Source: Polyangiales bacterium
GTDB taxonomy: Bacteria; Myxococcota_A; Polyangia; Polyangiales; Polyangiaceae
Assembly (NCBI GenBank): GCA_038231275.1
Contig: JBBRLQ010000001.1
Location: forward strand, 608,001-672,000
Length of the DNA: 64,000 nucleotides
Reading direction: 5' to 3'
Made by a program: the position numbers and the translations under genes. Below the pieces are notes generated by a model. The model saw only the letters and a list, made by a program, of their open reading frames with translations. It did not search any database and was not told the DNA's origin. Shown piece after piece: positions 20,143-31,300 of this stretch. Within the stretch, counting starts at the first letter, position 1. The number at the start of each line of letters is the position of its first letter.

Positions 20143-20607
20143 CTACTTCGCGCGCGCGCGGTTGTTCTTCGGGAGGTGCTCGAGCTCGATGAGGCCGAGC
20201 GCCTCGAGCACCGGCGGCACGTAGACGCCGAAGCGGCCGCGAAGGCCCTTTTTCAGGCCGTACCAGCCCTTCACCGGGTTCTTTGCGCTGCGGCCCCACG
20301 ACTCGATCGTCCCGCCCGCGGCCGGCTTCTGCTCGTCGGCGCCGCCGAGCGCCATCCAGTCGCCGTGCTTCTTCAGCATCGCCTGCAGATCCCCGATGCA
20401 GCGCAGGTGGTAACGAAGCTCGGTCTTGCCGACGCGGACGACGAGCGCAGGCGGATCGAGCGTGTCGTCGCGGAACGCCGTGAACGCGCTCGTGCCGGGC
20501 GGGGTCGTGAGCTCCCAAGGGCTGGCGCTCGTTCCGGCGGACGTCTTCTTCGCGGGGCTCTTCTTCGCGATCGTCTTCTTCGCGGGAACGGTCTTCTTGG
20601 CGGCCAT
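20143..20607 (-). CDS. conserved hypothetical protein (DUF6855-like) with basic AKK-repeat N-tail
   Basis: PWELTTPPGTS...GWYGLKKGLRGRFG..PPVLEALGL; family name recalled, not verified by search. Confidence 0.7.
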   Translation of the reverse strand: MAAKKTVPAKKTIAKKSPAKKTSAGTSASPWELTTPPGTSAFTAFRDDTLDPPALVVRVGKTELRYHLRCIGDLQAMLKKHGDWMALGGADEQKPAAGGTIESWGRSAKNPVKGWYGLKKGLRGRFGVYVPPVLEALGLIELEHLPKNNRARAK

Positions 20608-20684
20608 GGCCCATGCCTAACACAGCCCGGCGTCGCGCCGCGCGAGCTACAGTCACGTTGCGCGTGAGGGAGGTCCGCAAAAGG

Positions 20685-21167
20685 ATGCGAGGGATGATCT
20701 ACGCCATTTCGCCAGAGGGGGTCATCGGTCTCGGCGGGCAGATCCCGTGGCATCACCCCGCCGATCAGCGGCGCTTCCAGCGGATCACGCGCGGGTGCGC
20801 GGTCATCATGGGGCGGGCGACGTTCGACGAGAACGGCGTCGCGCTCGCGGAGCGTCGCAACCTCGTCGTCACCTCGCGTCCCCTCCCCGTCCCGGGGGTC
20901 GAGACCGCGCCATCGCTCGCCGAAGCCCTCGCGCGCGTCGGCGACGCAGACGTTTGGCTCATCGGCGGCGCGCGCATCTTCGCGGAGGGTGCGTTCGTCG
21001 CCGACCTGATCGACGTCACGTACGTGCCCGACCACGTCCTCGATCAACGCGCCGTCCACGCGCCGCCGATCGATGCGAGCCGCTTCGACGCGGGGCCGCT
21101 CTTGCCCCATGAGGACGATCCGAGCCTGTCGCGCCGCGTCTACCGCCGTCGCCCCGTCGCGGGATAG
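20685..21167 (+). CDS. folA: dihydrofolate reductase
   Basis: GVIG..GQIPW..PAD..RF, IMGRATF, RRNLVVTS, LIGGARIF. Confidence 0.9.
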   Translation: MRGMIYAISPEGVIGLGGQIPWHHPADQRRFQRITRGCAVIMGRATFDENGVALAERRNLVVTSRPLPVPGVETAPSLAEALARVGDADVWLIGGARIFAEGAFVADLIDVTYVPDHVLDQRAVHAPPIDASRFDAGPLLPHEDDPSLSRRVYRRRPVAG

Positions 21168-21177
21168 AGTCGCGCTC

Positions 21178-21858
21178 ATGTCCGCGATCGTCCTTCATCA
21201 GTGGGAAATGTCCCCGTTCTGCAACAAAATCCGCCGCGCGCTTCGGCACAAGGGTCTCGCGTTCGAGATGGTGAACTACAACGGCCTCCGCGCCCGCGAC
21301 GCCGCGAAGCTCTCGCCCGTCGGAACGCTCCCGGTTCTCGAATGGGACGGCGAGCGAACCGTCGACTCGTCCGCGATCGCGCTCCTGCTCGATCGCAAGC
21401 GCCCCGACGCGCCGCTTTACCCGACGGATCCCGAGGCGCTCGCGATGGCGCGGTTCTGGGAGGACTGGGCGGGGCAGTCGCTCTACTTCTTCGAGATTCA
21501 CCTGCGCATGCTCGATCCGGAGGCGCTCGAGAAGGCGCTGGATCTCATCTGCGATGGGCGTCCGTCGTTCGAGCGCACGCTCATGAAGATCGTGCTGAAG
21601 CGCCGCTACCCCAAGAAGCTGGGCGCGCAGGGGATCGGCAAGCTGTCGGCGGCGGAGGTCGAGCGTCGGCTCACCGCACACGTGGACGGCCTCGAGGTCC
21701 TGCTCGAGCGGCGCGCGTGGCTCGTCGGCGACGGCCCGACCATCGCGGATCTCTCGGTCGTCGCGCAGCTCGACGAGATCGTGCGCACGAGCCGCCTCGC
21801 AGGAATGATCCGCGGCCACGCGAAGGTCGCGGCGTGGATGGATCGGACGCCGGGGTAG
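21178..21858 (+). CDS. glutathione S-transferase family protein
   Basis: SPFCNKIR, GTLPVL, DSSAI, PTIADL. Confidence 0.9.
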   Translation: MSAIVLHQWEMSPFCNKIRRALRHKGLAFEMVNYNGLRARDAAKLSPVGTLPVLEWDGERTVDSSAIALLLDRKRPDAPLYPTDPEALAMARFWEDWAGQSLYFFEIHLRMLDPEALEKALDLICDGRPSFERTLMKIVLKRRYPKKLGAQGIGKLSAAEVERRLTAHVDGLEVLLERRAWLVGDGPTIADLSVVAQLDEIVRTSRLAGMIRGHAKVAAWMDRTPG

Positions 21859-21868
21859 ACTCGCGATC

Positions 21869-24815
<2,947 letters not shown>

Positions 24816-24820
<5 letters not shown>

Positions 24821-24887
24821 CCGGAAAAGCCGGTCAGGCCTTTCCGGCAGGAGCGTTTCGCTCCGCTGCGCTTCGCTCCACGCTCAG
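24816..24887. repeat. intergenic inverted repeats (REP-like hairpins)
   Basis: CCTGACCGG-AAAAG-CCGGTCAGG hairpin; GAGCGT...ACGCTC enclosing CGCTCC/CTTCGCT units. Confidence 0.4.
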
Positions 24888-24956
24888 CGGCGCAAACTAA
24901 GTCTCCTTTTCCGTCAGCGGGGGGGGCGCGGCTTCGATATCCTGGGCGTTGCCCCG

Positions 24957-27900
24957 ATGTCCGAGAAGCTTGAGGAGCTCATCGACCTGCTCAAGACAGG
25001 TCTCCTCGTAAAACCCAACGACGCCTACAAGCGCTTCCAGCTCGGGCAGGCCTACCAGAAGGTCGGCAAGCTGGACGACGCGATCAAAGCGCTCTCGCGC
25101 GCGTCGGAGATCAAGGCGGACTACTTCGACGCGCACTACCAGCTCGGGCTCGCCTACCTCGAGAAGGACATCCCTCACAGCGCCTGCGACGCCTTCGCGA
25201 AGGCCGCGGATTTGCGGCCGGGTCACTTCGACGTGCAGTTCGCGCTCGCCGAGCTCGCGATGAAGCTCGAGCGCTTCGATCTCGCCGGCAAGGCTTACGA
25301 CAACGTCGCGATGCTGCGGCCCGACGACTTGCAAGCGCTCCAGCGCGCCGGCAACGCGTACCTGCGCTTCGAAAAATGGGAGCAGGCCGCGAGCTGTTAC
25401 GAGCGCGCGGTGAAGCTCCTGCCCGACGGCGCGGACAACTACCTGCGCTGGGGCATCGCGCTCGTGAAGCTCGAGCGCTTCGAGGACGCCGGTCGTGCGC
25501 TGCGCGACGCCGTTCGACTCGAAGCGCAGGCGCCGGTCGCCGAGGTCTACAAGCTCCTCGGCGAAGCGTGCGCGCGCCTCGGCGAGCCGAAGGACGCGAT
25601 CGCCGCGTACACCCGCGCGATCGCTCTCGAGCCGAAGTTCGCGCGAGGACACGTCGCCATCGCCGAGCAATACGAGGTGCTCGGGCAGGACGAGGACGCG
25701 GTCGACGCCTACAAAATCGCGCTTCGCTACCTCGCGCAGGAGGCGAGCGTCCACGCGCAGCTCGGCCATCCGCTGCGCCGCCTCGGTCGGCACGACGAAT
25801 CGGTCGACAGCTTCACGAAGGCGGTCGGCCTCGCGCCCGACGCGCCGGAGTATCTCTATCAGCTCGGCGTCTCCCACCTCTCCGCGAAGGGCCACGAAGA
25901 GGCGCGGAAATACCTCAAAGAAAGCGTGCACTATGCACCGGATCGCGCGGACGCCTACAAGGCGCTCGGCGAGGCGTGCGGCGCGCTCGGCAAGACCGAC
26001 GAGGCGATCGCGGCGTACGAGAAGGCACTCGCGCTCGATCCTTCGTACCTCGCGGGGCGAGTGGCGGTGGGCAAGCTCCTCGTGGTCGTCGGAAAGGACG
26101 CGCAGGCGGTGCCGATGCTCGAGGCGGCCCTCGGCGCGATGCCCGACGACGCGTCGACGCTCGGCGTCCTCGGCGGCGCGCTGTTGCGCCTCCAAAAAAA
26201 CGAAGAGGCCGCGCTGGCGCTCGAGCGCGCGGTGAAGCTGGTCCCCGACGATCCGGAGCTCCGCCTGCAGCTTGGCGTCGCGCTGGTGCGGCGGAAGCGG
26301 TGGGAGCCGGCGCGCGTCGCGCTTCAAGCGAGCGTGCGCGCGCGGCCCGGCTCGGCGGCGGCGCAGAAGCTCCTCGGCGAGGCGTGCGCGGAGCTCGGCG
26401 ACAAAGAAGAATCGCTCGGGGCATACGCACGGGCCCTCGCGCTCGACGCGACGTTCCTCGAAGCGCACGCGCTCCTCGGCGGGCTCTACGAGGCGCTCGG
26501 CAAGGACGACGAGGCCGTGCTCGCCTACAAAGAGGCGGCGCAGGCGTTCCCGAAGGACGCACGCGTGTGCTCGCGCCTCGGCGCCGCGATGCAGCGCATG
26601 GGGCGAAAGCAGGACGCGGCGGAGTGGTTCGCCAAGGCCGCCGAGATTCGCCCCGACGATCCGGACTGCCTCCAGGATCTCGGCGTCGCCTACAACCACG
26701 TCGGCAAGTACAAGGAGGCGCGCGACGCGCTGGTCGAGTCGGCGCGCGTTCGTCCGCCGCCCGAGCAGGAGTCGGACGCGCAGAAAGTCGGCGACACGCA
26801 GCGCGCGCTCGGAGAGGCGTGCCTCGAGCTCGGACGGAACGACGAGGCCACCGTCGCGTACAAGCGCGCGGTCGAGATCGATCCGAAGTTCGTGCAAGGG
26901 TACCTCGCGCTGGGGCGCCTCTACGAGGCGAGCGCGCAGCCGGCGCTGGCGGCGGCGGCGCTTCGAGAGGCCGTGCGCCTCGCGCCCGACGATCCGGCGC
27001 TCCATGCGCGGCTCGGCGAAGCGCTCTTGTCGACGTCCAAGTTCGAGGAGGCGGGCGACAGCTTCGCGCGGGCGTTCAAGAAGCGCGCAGACGATCCGAG
27101 CTTGGCGTACAAGCTCGGCCTGTCGCACGCGAAGGCTTCACGCTGGGAGCTCGCGGCGCCGCCGCTCGAGCGCGGAGTCGAGCTCGCTCCTGAGCGCGTC
27201 GACCTCTGGAAGCTGCTCGCCCAAGTGGCCCTCGCACTCGGCCTCCATGAGCGCGCTGCGGTCGCGTACCAGAAGGTGCTCGCGCTCGATCCCGCGTTCG
27301 ATCAGGCGTACGCGCCGCTCGCCAAGGCGCTCGAGGCGCTTGGTCGCGACGCCGAGTGTGTCGACGCGCTGCGCCTCGCCGTGAAGGCCGACCCCGACGA
27401 CGGCGCGCTCTACGCGAGCCTCGGCGCCGTGCTCCTCCGGATGCGTGATCTGGACGCCTCGGCCGCGGCGTTCGCGGAGGCGGCGAAGCGCGGCGCGGGA
27501 AATCCCGACATCCTCTATCGCCTCGGCACGACCTACGCGACGCTCGAGCGATGGGCCCTCGCGAAGCAGGCGCTCACCGAGTGCGTCGCGGCGGCGCCGA
27601 GCCACGCAGAAGCGTTCCTTCGCCTCGGCGAGGTGTGCGCGAAACTCGGCGAGCACCTCGCGGCGGTGGATGCCTACAAAAAGGCGCTCGAGCTCGATCC
27701 GACGAGCCCGGCGCCAAACCGCGCGCTCGCGGCGTCGTACGCGGTGCTGGGGCGCGACAAGGAGGCGGTCGACGCGCTGCGGGCGACGATGAAGACGTCG
27801 GGCGTGACCGGTGACTTGCTCCTCGAGGTGGCAAAGCCGCTCCTTCGCCTCGATCGGAACGACGAGGCGTTCGAAGCCCTCGAGCGCGCCGCCGAGAAGA

Positions 27901-28376
27901 AGCAGGGCGATCCCGAAATCATGATGTGGCTCGGCATCGCCTACGGGAAGATGAACCGCGCCGAGCAGGCGATGGGGGCCCTCCGCGAGAGTGTCCGCGT
28001 GCGCCCCGACTCGGCCGCCGCGCAACGCGCCCTCGGAGACGCGTGCGTGCGGACGCAAAAATTCGAGGCTGCGATCAAGGCGTACGCGCGTGCGAGCGAG
28101 CTCGAGCCGGGCGACGACGATCTCCACGTGGTCCTCGCGCGCCTGTACGAGAAGACGGAGCGCTTCGGAGAGGCCGTCGATTCGCTGCGCCGCGCGGTGA
28201 AGGCGTTCCCACGCAACGCGGCGCACCACGCGGCGCTCGCGGAGGCGCTCCTCCGCGAGGGACGGGTAGCCGAGGCGGCGCCGAGCCTCGAGGAAGCGGT
28301 GGCGCTCGAGCCCGACGATCCTGACCTCGTCCTCCGCCTGGGAGGCGTGTACACACAGCTCGGAATGCTCGGGTAG
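24957..28376 (+). CDS. giant TPR-repeat protein, N-terminal part (ends at an in-frame TAG)
   Basis: continuous 34-aa TPRs; same frame as 28389-33653, and the repeat phase continues through the TAG at 28374-28376. Confidence 0.9.
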   Translation: MSEKLEELIDLLKTGLLVKPNDAYKRFQLGQAYQKVGKLDDAIKALSRASEIKADYFDAHYQLGLAYLEKDIPHSACDAFAKAADLRPGHFDVQFALAELAMKLERFDLAGKAYDNVAMLRPDDLQALQRAGNAYLRFEKWEQAASCYERAVKLLPDGADNYLRWGIALVKLERFEDAGRALRDAVRLEAQAPVAEVYKLLGEACARLGEPKDAIAAYTRAIALEPKFARGHVAIAEQYEVLGQDEDAVDAYKIALRYLAQEASVHAQLGHPLRRLGRHDESVDSFTKAVGLAPDAPEYLYQLGVSHLSAKGHEEARKYLKESVHYAPDRADAYKALGEACGALGKTDEAIAAYEKALALDPSYLAGRVAVGKLLVVVGKDAQAVPMLEAALGAMPDDASTLGVLGGALLRLQKNEEAALALERAVKLVPDDPELRLQLGVALVRRKRWEPARVALQASVRARPGSAAAQKLLGEACAELGDKEESLGAYARALALDATFLEAHALLGGLYEALGKDDEAVLAYKEAAQAFPKDARVCSRLGAAMQRMGRKQDAAEWFAKAAEIRPDDPDCLQDLGVAYNHVGKYKEARDALVESARVRPPPEQESDAQKVGDTQRALGEACLELGRNDEATVAYKRAVEIDPKFVQGYLALGRLYEASAQPALAAAALREAVRLAPDDPALHARLGEALLSTSKFEEAGDSFARAFKKRADDPSLAYKLGLSHAKASRWELAAPPLERGVELAPERVDLWKLLAQVALALGLHERAAVAYQKVLALDPAFDQAYAPLAKALEALGRDAECVDALRLAVKADPDDGALYASLGAVLLRMRDLDASAAAFAEAAKRGAGNPDILYRLGTTYATLERWALAKQALTECVAAAPSHAEAFLRLGEVCAKLGEHLAAVDAYKKALELDPTSPAPNRALAASYAVLGRDKEAVDALRATMKTSGVTGDLLLEVAKPLLRLDRNDEAFEALERAAEKKQGDPEIMMWLGIAYGKMNRAEQAMGALRESVRVRPDSAAAQRALGDACVRTQKFEAAIKAYARASELEPGDDDLHVVLARLYEKTERFGEAVDSLRRAVKAFPRNAAHHAALAEALLREGRVAEAAPSLEEAVALEPDDPDLVLRLGGVYTQLGMLG

Positions 28377-31300
28377 GCGCGAGAGCTGGTGAAGCGTTGC
28401 GTGCGCGTGCGTCCGGACTCGGCGCCGGCGCAGCGCGCGCTCGGCGAGCTGGCGGCGGCGGAGGGGAAGCTCGACGAGGCGCTCGAGGCGTACAAGAACG
28501 CGACGCGCCTCGAGCCGCGTTACGCCGATGCGCAGATCGAGCTCGCGCGGCTCTACGAGAAGACCGGCAAAGACGCCGAGGCTTCGTCAGCGTTTACGAT
28601 CGCCACGAGCCTCGTGGCCGAGCGCGCGGACTTGTGGACGTCGCTCGGCGCGGCGCTCGTGCGGCTCGGCAAGACCGTCGAAGCGACGACGGCGTATGCG
28701 CGGGCGCGAGCGCTCTCGCCGGAGGATCCGGCGGTCCTCTTCGAACTCGGCAGGCTGCACTCCGGCGCGCGCCTGTGGCGTGACGCGAAGGACGTGCTGG
28801 CCGACGTCGTCAAGCGACGGCCCGAGCACGCCGAGGCCTGGAAGCTTCTGGCGGGATCGAACGAGGCGCTCGGGCTCTCGGGAGACGCTGCGGACGCATA
28901 CGAGTGCGCGCTGGAGCTCGATCCGGAGTTTACCGAGGGACGCCTCGCGCTGACGAGCCTCCTTACAACGCTGGGACGCGACGCGGACGCCGTGCGCCAT
29001 CTCGACGACGCCCTCGCTTCGTCTCCCGACGACGCCGAGCTCCACTCGCGCAAGGGGCTGGCGCTGTCGCGCCTCGGCCGCCACGAAGAAGCGCTCGCGG
29101 CGCTGCGTCGCGCGTCGGAGCTGGCCGCACCGCCGCCTGACGCGCTCCTCGCGCGCGGTTTTTCGGCGGCGCAGATCGGTCAGTGGACCGAGGCGAAGAT
29201 CTCGCTCGCCGCAGGGCTCGAGCAGAAGCCGGATGCGCGCGGCGCGCACAGGTGGCTCGGAAAAGCGTCGCTCTCGCTGGGCGAGACCGACGCGGCGCTC
29301 GCGTCCTACCGCCGCGCGCTCGGCGAGGACCCCGATCTCGTCGAGGCGCACGCCGCCGTGGGGCGCATCTTGGCGGCGGCGGGGCACCACGGCGACTCCC
29401 TGCCATCCCTCGCGCGCGCGGCGTCGATGCTCCCCACCGACGCGGCCATCCTCGCGGCGCTCGGCGGCGCGCAGCTGCGGACGGGGAACGTCGACCAGGC
29501 GATCGCGCCGCTCCAGACGGCCAGCGAGCTGTCGCCGGACGCGCCGACGCTGTTCGATCTCGGCGTCGCGCTCGCCGAGAAGGAGCGCTGGAAGGAAGCA
29601 CGCGACGCGCTCGAACGCGCGACGTTGCTGTCGGACCACGCGGGAGCGTTCAAGCGCCTCGGCGACGTGCGCGTGAAGCTCGGCGAGAAGGGGCAGGCGA
29701 TCGCGGAGTATCGGCGCGCGCTCGATCTCGATCCGACGCTGCACGAGCTCCACGGCGTGCTCGGCGCGCTCCTCGAGGCGACGGGTCACGACGAGGAGGC
29801 GACCGTGGCCTACGAGGCGGCGACCGCCGCGGTCCCGAACGACGGGGCGTCGCTGCTCCGCCTCGGGCTCGTGGCGCGTCGCGCGGGGCGTACCGACGAG
29901 GCCGTCGCCGCCTTCTCGAAGGCAGCGCCCCTGCTGCCGAACGACCCGACTCCGACGCGCGAGCTCGGCAGGATCTTCGCGGCGCGCCGCGAGTGGCCGG
30001 AGGCGAGGGAAGCGCTGAAGAAGAGCGTCGCGATCGACGCCACCTCGGCGGAGGTCTGGAAAGATCTTGGCGACGCGTGGCGCGCGCTCGACGAGAGCGA
30101 GCACGCCGTGCACGCGTACCACCAGGCAGTGACGATCGAACCTGGTCTCGGAGACGTGCACCTCGAGCTCGGCCGCCTTTACGCCAAGCTCGGGAGGGAT
30201 GGCGCCGCGGCGAGCGCATACGAGAGCGCGCTGGCGTCGCGGCCCACCGATCAGGCGCTCCTCCAGGGTCTCGCGGAGCTGCTCCAGAAGCTCGGACGTC
30301 ACGCCGACGCCGCGGTGTTGCTCGAGCGCGCGAGCAAGCTCCGTCCTGATGACGCTGATCTCGCGCTCTCGCTCGCCGCCGTTCGCGTGCGCCTGGAACG
30401 ATGGCCAGCCGCGAGGGAGGTGCTCGACCGATGCGTCGCCCTCCGCCCCGAGCACGCCGAATCGCACAAGCTTCGCGCGTCCGTCGTCGCGCGCCTCGGC
30501 GACGTCGACCTCGCGCTCGATGCATACGCGAAGGCGGTCGCGCTCGATCCGGCGTTCGCCGAAGGCCACGTCGCGCGCGCGGGCCTCTTCACGAAGAAGG
30601 GGCTTCCGGTGGAGGCCGCCGCGGCGTACCGGAGCGCGCTCGCCGCGAGGCCTCGCGACGCCGAGCTCCAGATCGCGTTCGCGCGGACGCTGCGCGCCGC
30701 GGGCAACCACAAGGAAGCCGCGGTCGCGTTCGAGGCGGCGACGAAGCTGAAGGACGACTGGGCCGACGCCTACGCAGAGCTCGGCGCCGAGCACGTCGCC
30801 CTCGCGCGATTCGCGGACGCCGTCGACGCGCTCGAGCACGCGCGCGGGATCGATTCGGCGAACGGCGCGCTCATCGGCCCACTCGCGATCGCGTACGAGA
30901 AGCTCGGTCGCAAGGTCGAGGCCGTCACCATCCTTAAGCGCGCAGTCGAGAAGGACGCCAAGGACGGCGACGCGTGGTTCCGACTCGGCTCGCTCCAGGA
31001 GCAGCTGGGCAAGATCGATGACGCGCTCGCGTCGCTCGCGCAGGCGACCACACTCCGGCCCGCGCACGCAGCGTCGCACGTTGCGCTGGGCGTCGTGCGC
31101 GCCGCGAAGGGCCTCGGCGCAGAGGCGATCGCGTCGTTCCGCGCGGCATTGAAGATCCAACCGAACCTCACGCGCGCGCACCTCGGGATCGCGGAGGCCG
31201 AGAAGGCGGCGGGGCGGCACCACGAGGCGCTCCAATCGTACGGCGAGGTCGCGCGCGCGCAGGTCGGGCAGGTCGAGGCCAATGTCCTCCGCGCCATCGC

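Noticed and set aside
28374-28376. Genome-wide TAG reassignment or pyrrolysine decoding
   Set aside because: TAG ends many clearly complete genes here (MBL hydrolase, folA, GST, thiolase, monooxygenase 1), and no pyl genes are in the window
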